Shown: positions 28,045 to 39,045, numbered from the stretch's first letter. The stretch is 64,000 nt of DNA from an uncultured Planctomycetota bacterium (GCA_963708675.1 CAVPTO010000003.1:3595477-3659476), one strand, 5' to 3'. The notes: a model not told the origin generated them from the sequence alone. A program made the numbers and translations.

Positions 28045-31000
28045 TCACACCACGGCCTTCTCGCGTCGCAGCAGGCTATAAACCACCGGCACGAACAGCA
28101 GCGTCGTCAGCGTGGCCACGAACAACCCGCCAATCACGGCTCGCCCGAGCGGGGCGTTTTGCTCGCCACCTTCGCCAAGGCCCAACGACATCGGCAACAT
28201 GCCAATGATCATCGCCGCGGCGGTCATCAACACCGGTCGCATGCGGGTGCGTCCGGCTTCGAGGGCTGCGTCGAACGCGCTCTTGCCTTCCTCACGCTGT
28301 TCGTTGGCGAACGTGACCAACAGAATGCTGTTGGCCGTCGCGACACCGATCGACATGATGGCGCCCATCAACGCGGGCACGCTGAACGTCGTGTTCCACA
28401 AGAACAACGACCAGACGATGCCCACGGCCGCGCCGGGCAGGGCGGTGATGATGATGAACGGATCGAGCCAACTTTGGAAGTTGACGACCATCAGCAGGTA
28501 CACGAGGACCGCGGCAAAGACCAGGCCGAGGCCGAGCCGCAGGAACGCCGACTCCATGCTTTCGACCTGACCACGCATGGTGATCGTGTTTCCCGGAGCG
28601 AGCTTCGCGCGGTATTCGTCGAGGATGTGGTTGATGTCGCCGGCGACGCCGCCAAGATCGCGCGCTTGCACGTTGGCGTACACGTCGAACGCGGGCTGCA
28701 CGTTGATGTGGTTGGCCACTTCGGGCGTCACGCTTCGCTGCACCGTGGCAACGTTCGACAACAACTGCACGCCGGCATTCTTTTGCGACGTCAGCGGCAG
28801 ACCGTTGATGGCGTCGATGCTATCCAGTCGGTAGCTCGGCGTGCGCGTCTCGACGAGATACGAGATGCCCATCCGCGGATCGACCCAGTAGTTCGGCTGC
28901 GTTTGACCGCTGCCAGCCAGCGCGACGAGCAGACTATCGGCCACGTCTTGCTGCGTGTAACCGAGCTCTCGGGCGCGAATCTGGTCAACGTCAACGTGCA
29001 GTTTCGGGACGTTCATCACTTGGTGCAGGTGCACGTCCTCGACGCCGCGAATCGACTTGATCCGCTGGCCAATCTCGGTCGCCATCTCGAAATTCTCTTT
29101 GCGATTGAGGCCCGCGATTTGAATGTCGATTGGCGCGGGCAAACCGAAGTTCAGAATCTGACTGACGATGTCGGCCGGCTGGAAGAAGAACGTGAGTTGC
29201 GGGAAGCGGCCCGGCAACTCGCGTCGCAGCCTCGCGATGTATTCAGGCGTCGAGTGCGAGCGATGATGCTTGAGGGCGACGAGAATCTCGCCATCAGCCA
29301 TGCCGGTCGTCGCGCTATCGCCGAAGGCCATGGCGTAGGTGCGATTCGGCAGGCCAATGTTGTCGAGCACCAACTCGACTTCTTGCTGTGGGATGATCTC
29401 GCGGATCACGTTTTCGACTTCGCCGAAGTACCGCTCGGTTTGTTCGACACGCGTTCCGGCGGGAGCACGCACGTGCAGGCGGAATTGTCCGGTATCGACC
29501 GTCGGGAAAAAGTCGCGACCGACCCACGGCAGCACAACAGCGCCACTCACAACTACCACCGCGAACAGTGCGAACACGCTGCGGCGATGCTCGAGGTTCC
29601 ACTGCAACAGCGAGGCGTAGGAATCGCGGAACTGGTCGAAACGGCGTTCGAAGGCCGCGTGGAATCGCGCGAACCAGCCGTGATGGGCGTGCTCGCCGTG
29701 TGCTTCCACCTCCGCCGGCAGCAAATAATCGACCATCGTCGGTACGATCGTTCGCGACAGTAGGTACGAAGCGAGCATCGCGAACGCCACGGCCAACGCG
29801 AGCGGCGTGAACAGATACTTCGGCGGTCCGTCGAGGAACAACACCGACACGAACACGATGCTGATCGTCAGCGTCGACACGAACGTCGGCCCCGCGATTT
29901 GCATCGCTCCATCGAGAATCGCCTGGCGCAGCGGCTTACCGAGCGCGAGGTTTCGGTGGATGTTCTCGATCTCCACCGTGGCATCGTCGACAAGGATGCC
30001 GACCGCGAGAGCCAACCCGCCCAGCGTCATCACGTTCAGCGAATGGCCGAGCAGGTACAGCAGCACGATCGACGACAGGATCGCCAGCGGAATCGACACG
30101 GCGACAATCAACGTGCTTCGCCAACTGCCCAAGAAAACGAGAATCATCGTCGCCGTCAGCAAGCCTGCGATGATGCTCTCCGTGACGACGCCGCCGATGG
30201 CTGCGGTTACGAACAGCGATTGATCGAACAGCAGGTCGATGTTCAGCCCTTTCGGCGCCGACGCCTTGACCGCGGGCATCATCGCCTTAACTTGATTGAC
30301 GATATCGAGCGTCGAGGCGTTGCCGTTCTTGAGCAGCGTGACGAGCGCTCCGCGGCTGCCGTTGCGACGCACGACGGTCGTTTGCGTCGTACTGCCGTCA
30401 CGCACCTGTGCGACGTCTCGCATGTAGATCGTCGCGCCGTCGATGACTTTGAGCGGAATGTTATTGAAGTTCTCGGGCGACAACGGCGTGTTGTTCAGCG
30501 TCACCGGGTACTCGTGCGTGTCGATTCGCGCCACGCCGGTCGGGTACGCGAGGTTGTAGGCGTTGATGGCGTTGGAGACTTCCTTCGGCGAAATGCCCTT
30601 GGCCTGCATCAGCTCGGGATCGATGTCGACCATCACCTGCCGCTCGCGACCGCCGTAGGGAGTCGGCATCGTTAGGCCTTGCACGGTCGAAAGTTGCGTC
30701 CGCAGGATGAACAGGCCGTAGTCGTAGACGGCCTCTTCCGACATCGTGTCGCTGCTCAAGCTGATTTGCAGAATCGGCACGCTCGACGCGTTGAATCGCA
30801 AAATGACCGGCGGATTGATCCCCGGCGGCATGAGTGATCGGATTGCTTGCGCCACGGCCGTCACTTGCGACAACGCGGTGCCAATCTCGACGCTCGGGTG
30901 AAAGTAGATCTTCTGCACCGCCACGCCGTTCAGCGTCTGTGACTCGATACGCTTGATGTCGTTCACGTTCGACGTGATGGCGTATTCGCTGTACGTGGTG

Positions 31001-31188
31001 ATGCGTTGCTCGACCTCGCTGGTCTCCATTCCCTTATAGGTCCAAATGACCGTGACGACCGGAATGTCGATCTCGGGGAAAATGTCGGTCCGCATCTGGC
31101 TGATCGACGTCGCGCCGAGCACGATGATCAGCAATGCCATCACGACGAAGCTGTAGCGATATTTGAGGGCGAGCTGAACGATCCACAT
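28045..31188 (-). CDS. AcrB/AcrD/AcrF (NolG/CusA-like) RND permease
   Basis: DIFPEIDIPVV, GILVDDATVEIEN, GVATANSILLV and RMRPVLMTA. Confidence 0.93.
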   Translation of the reverse strand: MWIVQLALKYRYSFVVMALLIIVLGATSISQMRTDIFPEIDIPVVTVIWTYKGMETSEVEQRITTYSEYAITSNVNDIKRIESQTLNGVAVQKIYFHPSVEIGTALSQVTAVAQAIRSLMPPGINPPVILRFNASSVPILQISLSSDTMSEEAVYDYGLFILRTQLSTVQGLTMPTPYGGRERQVMVDIDPELMQAKGISPKEVSNAINAYNLAYPTGVARIDTHEYPVTLNNTPLSPENFNNIPLKVIDGATIYMRDVAQVRDGSTTQTTVVRRNGSRGALVTLLKNGNASTLDIVNQVKAMMPAVKASAPKGLNIDLLFDQSLFVTAAIGGVVTESIIAGLLTATMILVFLGSWRSTLIVAVSIPLAILSSIVLLYLLGHSLNVMTLGGLALAVGILVDDATVEIENIHRNLALGKPLRQAILDGAMQIAGPTFVSTLTISIVFVSVLFLDGPPKYLFTPLALAVAFAMLASYLLSRTIVPTMVDYLLPAEVEAHGEHAHHGWFARFHAAFERRFDQFRDSYASLLQWNLEHRRSVFALFAVVVVSGAVVLPWVGRDFFPTVDTGQFRLHVRAPAGTRVEQTERYFGEVENVIREIIPQQEVELVLDNIGLPNRTYAMAFGDSATTGMADGEILVALKHHRSHSTPEYIARLRRELPGRFPQLTFFFQPADIVSQILNFGLPAPIDIQIAGLNRKENFEMATEIGQRIKSIRGVEDVHLHQVMNVPKLHVDVDQIRARELGYTQQDVADSLLVALAGSGQTQPNYWVDPRMGISYLVETRTPSYRLDSIDAINGLPLTSQKNAGVQLLSNVATVQRSVTPEVANHINVQPAFDVYANVQARDLGGVAGDINHILDEYRAKLAPGNTITMRGQVESMESAFLRLGLGLVFAAVLVYLLMVVNFQSWLDPFIIITALPGAAVGIVWSLFLWNTTFSVPALMGAIMSIGVATANSILLVTFANEQREEGKSAFDAALEAGRTRMRPVLMTAAAMIIGMLPMSLGLGEGGEQNAPLGRAVIGGLFVATLTTLLFVPVVYSLLRREKAVV

Positions 31189-31285
31189 GGCCGGGTCTCC
31201 TGCGAAAGAGGCATATCTGCGAAGAGATACCGGCGGGTGGCAGCAACCTTACAGCGATGTCACGGGATCAGTTCGGTGTGGCACT

Positions 31286-31374
31286 CTGTAGGGAACGCCC
31301 TCTGTGGCGTTCCGCGAGCTGCGATCGACGCCGACACGCGATTCACGGAACGCCACGGAGGGCGTTCCCTACAG
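31286..31374. repeat. GTAG-tagged REPIN, copy 2
   Basis: Both REP arms are identical to those at 13079..13168; the spacer differs. Confidence 0.92.
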
Positions 31375-31492
31375 TGACTTGCGCCGCTAACGAGAATTTT
31401 TCTTGTAAGACCTCGCCGCATGCCCGGTAATCACCCTTGGGCAGTCATCGCGACGTCCGTTCCGCGACACTCGAACACAAAGGAAACCAGCC

Positions 31493-32227
31493 ATGTCCAA
31501 CAAACTCCAAGGCAAAGTGGCCGTCGTCACCGGTGGGAACTCAGGCATCGGCCTCGCCACCGCCAAACGCTTTGTGAAGGAAGGGGCTTACGTCTTCATC
31601 ACCGGCCGACGTCAGAAAGAACTCGACGCCGCGGTGAAGCAAATCGGCTCGAACGTCACGGCCGTCCAAGGCGACGTCTCGAAGATCGAAGACATCGAGC
31701 GGCTGTATCAAACGGTCGCCAAGCAAAAAGATCGGCTCGACATCGTCTTCGCCAATGCGGGAGTCGGTGAGCTCGTGCCGTTGCCGGAAGTCACGCCCGA
31801 ACACTTCGACAAGCTGTTCAACATCAACGTCCGTGGCCTATTGTTCACGGTGCAGAAGGCGCTGCCGCTGATGCGCAACGGCGGATCGATCATCCTCACT
31901 GGCTCGGTCGCAGGCGTGAAAGGCTTTCCCGCCTTCAGCGTTTACGACGCCACGAAAGCCGCGGTCCGCTCGTTCGCACGCAGTTGGACGGCCGACCTTA
32001 AGGATCGCAAGATTCGCGTGAACGTCGTCAGCCCCGGGCCGATCGACACACCGATTCTCGCCGACGTACCGCCGGATGCCGTCGCGGGATTCGTCTCGAT
32101 GGTTCCGATGGGACGCATGGGCACGGCGGACGAGATCGCCAACGCGGCCTTGTTTCTGGCCTCCGATGAATCGAGTTACATCACGGGCGTCGACCTGTTT
32201 GTCGACGGCGGCTTGGCCCAGGTCTGA
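31493..32227 (+). CDS. Classical short-chain dehydrogenase/reductase
   Basis: [17 protein letters not shown] and [12 protein letters not shown]. Confidence 0.95.
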   Translation: MSNKLQGKVAVVTGGNSGIGLATAKRFVKEGAYVFITGRRQKELDAAVKQIGSNVTAVQGDVSKIEDIERLYQTVAKQKDRLDIVFANAGVGELVPLPEVTPEHFDKLFNINVRGLLFTVQKALPLMRNGGSIILTGSVAGVKGFPAFSVYDATKAAVRSFARSWTADLKDRKIRVNVVSPGPIDTPILADVPPDAVAGFVSMVPMGRMGTADEIANAALFLASDESSYITGVDLFVDGGLAQV

Positions 32228-32426
32228 CCGTTCACCCGGCGGCTCCGGTTGACGCTGTAGATGCTTGCCTCTTCGCGGCGTGACCGTGCTTGAGGATACG
32301 CCTATCAGAAGTTGTGACGCTCCCTGCGAGATGGCGTCGCACGACTGCGGTTCTTATGATGAGTAAGCAACCGGCAGCGTGCGGCGTCATTTTTTGTTGC
32401 ATCTCTCGCCTCGCAGGATCTTCACG

Positions 32427-33419
32427 ATGAATTCGAAGTTTGCCTCGCTCCTGTTTCTGTTGATGTCGTCTTCGCTCGTTCACGCAGCCGAACTGAAGTA
32501 CACAGTACCGAAGTACAAGGCCGTCGAAGGTTGGCTCAAGCCGGGGGCGGAAGTGCAAACGCTCGGCGCGGCGCATGGCGATGTCGCCGTCAGCGAGGCG
32601 GGCGACGTGTACGTCAGCATCCTCAATGGCCCGCGCGGCGGAATTCAGGTCTTCAGCGCCGATGGCAACTATCTGCGCAACCTGCCCAGCGCACCGAACG
32701 ACTTTCACGGCTTCGTGATTCACAAAGAGAAGGACGGCGAGTTCATCTATGGCGCACGTCTGCAAGGGCAGACGATTTTGAAGATGAAGCTCGACGGCGC
32801 GGTCGTGATGGAAATCGACGGTTCGGTGATTCCGTCCGAGTATCGCACCGTCGTGAAGGAAAAGCCGACGCTGCGACTCACGGCCGTCGACGTCGCCCCC
32901 GATGGTCGCATCTTCGTCACCGACGGTTACGGCACCGACTACATTCACGTCTTCGATGCCGATGGAAAATACCTCAAGAGCTTTGGCGGCAAGACGGCTC
33001 CGTATGGTTTCAAGACGTGTCACAAGATCGCCATCGACACGCGTTTCGACCCGCCGCGTATTTTTTGTTGCGATCGTGAGAATCGCCGCGCGGTCCACTT
33101 GTCGCTCGACGGCGCAGTGTTGGGCGTGATTCCCGATTTGAAACGCCCGGCCGCCGTGGCGATCTATGGCGACTGGGCCGCGGTGGCCGAGATCGAAGGC
33201 CGCCTGAGCTTGATCGACAAGAACGGTCAGACGGTAGCCACGTTGGGCGAAAACAGCGTGGCCGAACAAACCGCGACGAACAAGGTGGCGCCCGCCGATT
33301 GGCGCACCGGCGTGCTGACGGCGCCGCACGGTGTGGACTTCGACCGCGATGGTGACATTCTTGTGAGCGAGTTCAATATGTACGGGCGGGTGCTGCGATG
33401 GGATCGCGACGGGAAATGA
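32427..33419 (+). CDS. Secreted NHL-repeat (6-bladed beta-propeller) protein
   Basis: Signal peptide, HGDVAV, DVAPDGRIFVTDGYG, TCHKIAID and PHGVDFDRDGDILVSE. Confidence 0.75.
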   Translation: MNSKFASLLFLLMSSSLVHAAELKYTVPKYKAVEGWLKPGAEVQTLGAAHGDVAVSEAGDVYVSILNGPRGGIQVFSADGNYLRNLPSAPNDFHGFVIHKEKDGEFIYGARLQGQTILKMKLDGAVVMEIDGSVIPSEYRTVVKEKPTLRLTAVDVAPDGRIFVTDGYGTDYIHVFDADGKYLKSFGGKTAPYGFKTCHKIAIDTRFDPPRIFCCDRENRRAVHLSLDGAVLGVIPDLKRPAAVAIYGDWAAVAEIEGRLSLIDKNGQTVATLGENSVAEQTATNKVAPADWRTGVLTAPHGVDFDRDGDILVSEFNMYGRVLRWDRDGK

Positions 33420-33431
33420 AGCTGCCTTTCT

Positions 33432-33545
33432 CCCTCTCCCCTTGCGGGAGAGGGTCGGGGTGAGGGGTAGGAAGTCTGTACTCGCATCGCCCCCTCACTC
33501 GATTCGCCTGCGGCGAACCACCCTCTCCCGCGATGGGGAGAGGGG
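33432..33545. repeat. CCCTCTCCC family REPIN (copy 6), between convergent genes
   Basis: ccctctccccttgcgggagagggtcggggtgagggg ... cccctcac...ccctctcccgcgatggggagagggg. Confidence 0.88.
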
Positions 33546-33562
33546 ACACTCGACGTCGATGG

Positions 33563-36124
33563 TTATCCTGCAACCGTCGTCTCCTCTCGAAACCGCGCCA
33601 AATACGGTGCGGTACGACTGCGCTTGTGCTTCGCAATCGCTTCGGGCGTCCCCTGGGCGACAATCTCGCCCCCTTCGTCGCCGGCGCCGGGGCCGACGTC
33701 GATTACCCAATCGCTGGACGCAATGACGCGCATGTCGTGCTCGACGCACAGCACCGTGTTGCCGGCATCGACGAGTCCGTGCAGTTGCGCGAGTAGCCGC
33801 TCAACGTCGGACGGATGCAAACCCGTCGTCGGCTCGTCGAGTACGTACAAACTATTGCCGCGCTGCGGTCGCTGCAGTTCGGTGGCCAGCTTGATGCGCT
33901 GCGCCTCGCCGCCTGAAAGCTCGGTCGCCGGCTGACCCAGGCGCAGATAGCCGAGGCCGACCTCGCGCAACACTTCGAGCGGCCGGAGTACCGAAGGTTC
34001 CTCGGCAAAAAAGTCGCACGCCGTTTGAACCGTCATACCCAGCACGTCGGCAATCGATTGCTCGCGATATTTCACTTCGAGCGTTTTGGCGTTGTACCGC
34101 GAGCCATGACACGTGGGGCAGGGAGCGTACACGCTCGGCAGAAACAACAGCTCGACCATCACAAAGCCCTCGCCTTCGCACGTCTCGCAACGTCCTTGAG
34201 CGACGTTGAACGAAAACCGCCCGGGTCCATAGTGGCGGGCCTTGGCCATCTTCGTCGATGCGAACAGCTTGCGAACCTGATCGAACAGGCCTGTGTACGT
34301 GGCGAGGTTCGATCGCGGTGTGCGACCGATCGGTTTCTGGTCGACACGCACGAGACGCTTGATGTTCTCCATCCCTGCGACGATCGAACCGTCCAGCGTT
34401 TCGACGGGCGTGCGTTCGAGTTCCTCGACATCGTCTTCTTCGAGCGTGACATCGTGTCCCAAGTGCCCCGCGACCAATTCGACCAGCGCCTGGCTGACGA
34501 GCGTCGACTTACCGGAACCCGAGATGCCCGTGACGGAGGTGAATACGCCGAGCGGAAACGACACGCTCAACTTGTTCAGGTTGTTGCGCGTCACGTCTTT
34601 GAGCTTGAGCCATCCCTTCGGCTCACGCGGCGTGTGCTCGGGCAGCACTTGTTCGCTGAAAAGAAACTTCCGCGTGTGCGAGGCCTTCACGTCTCGCAAT
34701 CCGTCGGGCGGGCCGCTGTAGAGAATCTCGCCGCCATGTTCGCCAGCGTCGGGGCCGACGTCGACGATCCAATCGGCATGGCGGATGACTTCGAGTTCGT
34801 GCTCGACGACGAACAACGTGTTGCCCGACGCCTTAAGCCGATCGAGCGCTCGCAGCAGGGCCTCGGTGTCGGCCGGATGCAGACCCGCGGACGGCTCGTC
34901 GAGCACGTAGATCACGCCGAACAGGTTCGATCGCACCTGCGTCGCGAGCCGCAGCCGCTGCAACTCGCCAGGCGAAAGCGTCGGCGTGCTGCGTTCGAGC
35001 GTCAGGTAGCCGAGGCCAAGCTCGAGAAGCACTTCAAGCCGCGCGATTAAATCGTGTGCGATGCGCTCGGTGACGATCGCCTTCTCGGGATGTTCGGTTT
35101 TCAGCTTCGCCCAACCCGTCGCCGTGCCGTCGGAGTACGGTCGCAGGGTTGTGGTCAATCGCTTGATCGGCAGCCGCGACATCTCGGCGATATCGAGCCC
35201 GGCCACCTTTACCGACAGCGACTCGGGCCGCAGGCGTTTGCCGTTGCACGTCGGGCACTCGCTGCTGATGAGGTATCGCGCCACACGCTTCTTCATCAGC
35301 GGGCTTTGCGTGTTGGCAAACGTGTGGAGCACGTAACGGCGTGCGCCGCTAAAAGTGCCTTGGTAGCTCGGCGACTCTTTGCGTTTGAGTGCCGAGCGAA
35401 CTTCGTGTGGTTCGTAGCCTGCGTAGACCGGCACCGTTGGTTGTTCGTCGGTGAAGAGGAGCCAATCGCGATCCTTCTTCGGCAGTTCACGCCACGGCTT
35501 ATCGATATCGAAGCCGAGCGTAACGGCTATGTCTCGCAAGTTCTGCCCATGCCACGCCGGCGGCCAGGCCGCGATCGCCCGCTCGCGAATCGTCAGCGAA
35601 TCGTCGGGGACCATCGACGCTTCGGTCGCGGTGTAGATGCGCCCTAAGCCGTGGCACTCGGGGCAGGCCCCTTCAGGCGTGTTGGTCGAAAAAGACTCGG
35701 CCTCGAGATGCGGCTGATTCTTCGGATACACGCCGGCACGCGAATACAGCATCCGCAGCAGATTCGAGAGCGTCGTCACGCTGCCGACCGACGAGCGCGT
35801 CGTCGGCGAGCCTCGCTGTTGTTGCAACGCGACCGCAGGCGGCAAGCCTTCGATCTCGTCGACTTGCGGCACGTTCATCTGGTGAAACAAGCGGCGTGCA
35901 TACGGCGCGACCGATTCGAGATAGCGACGCTGCGCTTCGGCGTAAAGTGTTCCGAAGGCCAGCGATGATTTGCCCGAGCCTGAGATGCCGGTGAAGACCA
36001 CGAGCGCGTCGCGAGGAATTTCGACGTTGACGTTCTTGAGGTTGTGCTCGCGCGCACCACGAACGCACACGAACCCTGTCTTGCCTGCGGAGTTGGTAGA
36101 TGTTCGCGCGATGTTCTGTTTCAT
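33563..36124 (-). CDS. uvrA: Class II UvrA-like ABC ATPase (UvrA2/DrrC-type)
   Basis: [10 protein letters not shown], two GxSGSGKS Walker A motifs, [11 protein letters not shown] / [11 protein letters not shown] and CxxC zinc sites. At 853 aa it is shorter than canonical UvrA1. Confidence 0.88.
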   Translation of the reverse strand: MKQNIARTSTNSAGKTGFVCVRGAREHNLKNVNVEIPRDALVVFTGISGSGKSSLAFGTLYAEAQRRYLESVAPYARRLFHQMNVPQVDEIEGLPPAVALQQQRGSPTTRSSVGSVTTLSNLLRMLYSRAGVYPKNQPHLEAESFSTNTPEGACPECHGLGRIYTATEASMVPDDSLTIRERAIAAWPPAWHGQNLRDIAVTLGFDIDKPWRELPKKDRDWLLFTDEQPTVPVYAGYEPHEVRSALKRKESPSYQGTFSGARRYVLHTFANTQSPLMKKRVARYLISSECPTCNGKRLRPESLSVKVAGLDIAEMSRLPIKRLTTTLRPYSDGTATGWAKLKTEHPEKAIVTERIAHDLIARLEVLLELGLGYLTLERSTPTLSPGELQRLRLATQVRSNLFGVIYVLDEPSAGLHPADTEALLRALDRLKASGNTLFVVEHELEVIRHADWIVDVGPDAGEHGGEILYSGPPDGLRDVKASHTRKFLFSEQVLPEHTPREPKGWLKLKDVTRNNLNKLSVSFPLGVFTSVTGISGSGKSTLVSQALVELVAGHLGHDVTLEEDDVEELERTPVETLDGSIVAGMENIKRLVRVDQKPIGRTPRSNLATYTGLFDQVRKLFASTKMAKARHYGPGRFSFNVAQGRCETCEGEGFVMVELLFLPSVYAPCPTCHGSRYNAKTLEVKYREQSIADVLGMTVQTACDFFAEEPSVLRPLEVLREVGLGYLRLGQPATELSGGEAQRIKLATELQRPQRGNSLYVLDEPTTGLHPSDVERLLAQLHGLVDAGNTVLCVEHDMRVIASSDWVIDVGPGAGDEGGEIVAQGTPEAIAKHKRSRTAPYLARFREETTVAG

Positions 36125-36157
36125 TCCAGCGTCGTCGCCACATTCATCCCATCATGT

Positions 36158-36197
36158 AAAGAAAAACCCCGGCCGAACATTTCGACCGGGGCTTTTC
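36158..36197 (-). terminator. Intrinsic terminator downstream of the small YG-rich gene
   Basis: Minus strand reads AAAAGCCCCGGTCGAAATGTTCGGCCGGGGTTTTTCTTT (GC stem plus U tract). Confidence 0.7.
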
Positions 36198-36219
36198 ACG
36201 ATGTTCAAAGGGCGACCAC

Positions 36220-36486
36220 TTAGTAGTACCCGCGATACGGCCGATAGCCGTTGTAACCGTAGGCGCCGTTGTAGCCTCGATAGGCTGGTGACACACCATA
36301 CGGTCGATTGTAACCCAGCGGCGCGCCGTAAGGACGCGCGACGCCCCAGCCGCGCCATGGACGAGCCACGCCAACTGTTTGAATGGGCGTTCCCGTGGGT
36401 GTGACAAAGGTTTCTTCCGCGGCCGGGGCCGAGCCGGCCAGCGTCAGAAGACCCAAAATTGCAAGACTTAGCATGAACTTTTTCAT
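36220..36486 (-). CDS. Small secreted Tyr/Gly/Arg/Pro-rich protein (88 aa)
   Basis: Signal peptide [22 protein letters not shown], then YG/RPY repeats. It has its own terminator. Confidence 0.75.
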   Translation of the reverse strand: MKKFMLSLAILGLLTLAGSAPAAEETFVTPTGTPIQTVGVARPWRGWGVARPYGAPLGYNRPYGVSPAYRGYNGAYGYNGYRPYRGYY

Positions 36487-36678
36487 CGAATCAACTCCTC
36501 TCGAAGCGATACTGTCCCCCGCCCGTGTGGCCATGCACATGGGATGCCAATCGGCATCACTGGAACCTTAAAACGTCGACATGCGTCGAAGGGCTACTTA
36601 CGATGCGTGGTATGCACCGGCCCGCAAGTTGTGGCTCGCGAATGGCTGGTGTTGGGCACTCTTTGCGGAGATTCGGCA

Positions 36679-39015
36679 ATGCGACTTGCGCCAGTTGTCA
36701 TCTCATCGATCGTGTCGTCGCTGCTTGTGCTTTCGTGGGATGTGACGCTATCACGCGCGGCCGATGACACCATCCTTTTCTCCGACGATTTCTCGACACT
36801 CAAATCCGGGTGGGGCAAGGCCGACGACACGCGCGGCGTCGAAGGCAACAAGCTGCTGATCAAGCTGAAGCCTGACCTGACGTTCCGCATTCTGTACACC
36901 ACTTCGAAGTTCGGCGACATCGACGCGCGGATGAAAGTCGCCCAACAAAGCGGCGACAACAACCAGAGCGCGGGTCTCGTCTTCTGGGGGACCGATCGCG
37001 AGAACTGCTATGCGGCCTTGATGCAGTCGGATGGCGGGTTCTACGTCGTGCGTCGCATGAACTCGCAGTGGCTGACGCCCGTCGTCATTCGAGTGCGCGA
37101 TGAAGTCACGAAAGGCGTTGGCCAAACGAACGAGATGCGCGTCGTCACCAGCGGCCGCACCGCGACGGTTTATATCAACGACAAACAGGTGACGACGTTC
37201 GTTGGCTTTCCTCCGCCGGGTGTGTGCGAAATCGGCGTGATGTGCGAATCGGGCAAGCAGCCCGCCACTTGGGCGTTCTCGGAACTCACCGTGCGTCGCG
37301 GCCCCGCGCCATCGCCGAGCGGCACACACGACGAATCGCTGCAGTTTTCCGACAACTTCCATGTGCTCGACCCGTCGTGGGGCGACCCTGGTGATTCGAA
37401 GACGGTGCGAGATGACAAGTTTTTAGTGACGCTGAAGCCGAATCTGTATCACCGCACCATCTATCAGGGATCGCTGTTCGACAACGCCGACGTTCGTCTT
37501 AAGATCACCGAAGAAAAAGGAGACGAGAACCAACCGGCCGGGATCGTGTTTTGGGCCATCGACCGTGACAACTATTACGCTGCGCTGATTCAGGCCGACG
37601 GCTCGTTCTATGTGTTGCGACAAGTCAAGGGGAAATCGTTGTTCCCCGTGTCGATGAGTATCCGCGACGAGATTCGCAAAGGCCTTGGTCAAACGAACGA
37701 GATGCGAGTCGTCACCAAGGGACGCTCGGCGATGGTCGTCGTCAACGATAAGCCCCTCGTGGCGTTCGAGGGTTTTCCGCCGTCGGGCGGCAGTCGCATT
37801 GGCATACACGGCGAGTCGGGGGCGACCGACGGCGTGTGGGCGTTCTCCGATCTCGCGGTTTACAAGGGGCCGGTGACGCCGCCTTCGACGACTCCGACAG
37901 ACGATACGGTTCTGCTCGCCGATGACTTCGCGACGCTCGATCCCGCGTGGGGCCCCGAGACAACGTCGCGCAGCGTGAGCGATCACAAGCTGATGCTCAC
38001 CGCCAACGCCAACTCCGGGTTCTCCGACATCTATCAGGGAGCGTTGTTCGGCGATGTCGACATGAGCGTCAAGGTTGCCGCCACCAAAGGTTGGACCGAC
38101 CAGCTTGTCGGGCTTGTCTTTTGGGGCGTGAGCGGGCAGGACTACGCCGCGTTTGTCGTCAATCCGGCGGGGAATGTTTACGCGGGGCGCATCGTGAAGA
38201 ACCAATGGCAAGGGATGAACGTCGTCGACAAAGCGACGAGCACATTGAAAAAAGGGGCGGGCGAGATCAACGAGCTTCGCGTCGTGACGCACGACAAGAC
38301 CGCCGTGCTGATGGTCAACAACCAGATCGTTTACACGTACAAAGGCGAGCCGGCCGAGGGTGGAAGCAAGGTAGGGTTCTTCGTCGAGGCGAACAAAGAC
38401 CCCGTGGCGTGGGCGTTCTCGGAGTTCCGTGTGCGCACGCCGTTGGTGACGCTCGAGAACAGTGCGGGCCGCGCCGATGGCTTGCTGATGACCGATGATT
38501 TTCGTGCGCTCAACACCGCTTGGGCCACGAACAATGAGATCAAGCACGTCGCCGACAACAAGTTCTACATCACGGCCGAGCCGAACAGCGGTCGCACGTT
38601 TCTGTACGACAGTCGTTTCGGCGACGCCGACATTCGCGTGACCATCAACGAGACGCAGGGCAAACCCGACCGGCCGGCCGGCATCGCGTTTTGGGCCGAC
38701 AGCTACGACGCATATTTCCTGGCGACGATTCGACCCGACGGAACGGTCGAAGTCTCGCGACTGGCTGACGGCAAGTGGACGTACCCCGTCGATCTGAAGG
38801 ACCGCGCCGAGATTCGCCCAGGCGTAGGGGCGAGCAACGAGCTACGCGTCGTGACGGTCGGGCACTCGGCCATCGTGTATGTCAACGATAAGCAAGTCGC
38901 CGCGATCGAAGGGACCCCACCCGCCGCCGGCGGGAAGCTCGGCCTCCACGGCGGCAGCGGCGCCGAGAGCTACAGTTGGGCGTTCTCGAAACTGTCGGTT
39001 CGCAAGCCGAAGTGA
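36679..39015 (+). CDS. Secreted protein made of four tandem ~190-aa beta-sandwich (ConA/DUF1080-like) domains
   Basis: Signal peptide. Each of four repeats begins xDDF..L...WG and contains AGLVFW, NE(M/L)RVVT and VYxNDKQV. Confidence 0.75.
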   Translation: MRLAPVVISSIVSSLLVLSWDVTLSRAADDTILFSDDFSTLKSGWGKADDTRGVEGNKLLIKLKPDLTFRILYTTSKFGDIDARMKVAQQSGDNNQSAGLVFWGTDRENCYAALMQSDGGFYVVRRMNSQWLTPVVIRVRDEVTKGVGQTNEMRVVTSGRTATVYINDKQVTTFVGFPPPGVCEIGVMCESGKQPATWAFSELTVRRGPAPSPSGTHDESLQFSDNFHVLDPSWGDPGDSKTVRDDKFLVTLKPNLYHRTIYQGSLFDNADVRLKITEEKGDENQPAGIVFWAIDRDNYYAALIQADGSFYVLRQVKGKSLFPVSMSIRDEIRKGLGQTNEMRVVTKGRSAMVVVNDKPLVAFEGFPPSGGSRIGIHGESGATDGVWAFSDLAVYKGPVTPPSTTPTDDTVLLADDFATLDPAWGPETTSRSVSDHKLMLTANANSGFSDIYQGALFGDVDMSVKVAATKGWTDQLVGLVFWGVSGQDYAAFVVNPAGNVYAGRIVKNQWQGMNVVDKATSTLKKGAGEINELRVVTHDKTAVLMVNNQIVYTYKGEPAEGGSKVGFFVEANKDPVAWAFSEFRVRTPLVTLENSAGRADGLLMTDDFRALNTAWATNNEIKHVADNKFYITAEPNSGRTFLYDSRFGDADIRVTINETQGKPDRPAGIAFWADSYDAYFLATIRPDGTVEVSRLADGKWTYPVDLKDRAEIRPGVGASNELRVVTVGHSAIVYVNDKQVAAIEGTPPAAGGKLGLHGGSGAESYSWAFSKLSVRKPK

Positions 39016-39020
39016 CGTTG

Positions 39021-39045
39021 CTTAGCCGGGCCGTCCACGGCCCGG
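39021..39045 (+). repeat. Left CTTAG REP flanking the RAYT
   Basis: CTTAG-CCGGGCCG-TCCA-CGGCCCGG. Confidence 0.88.
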
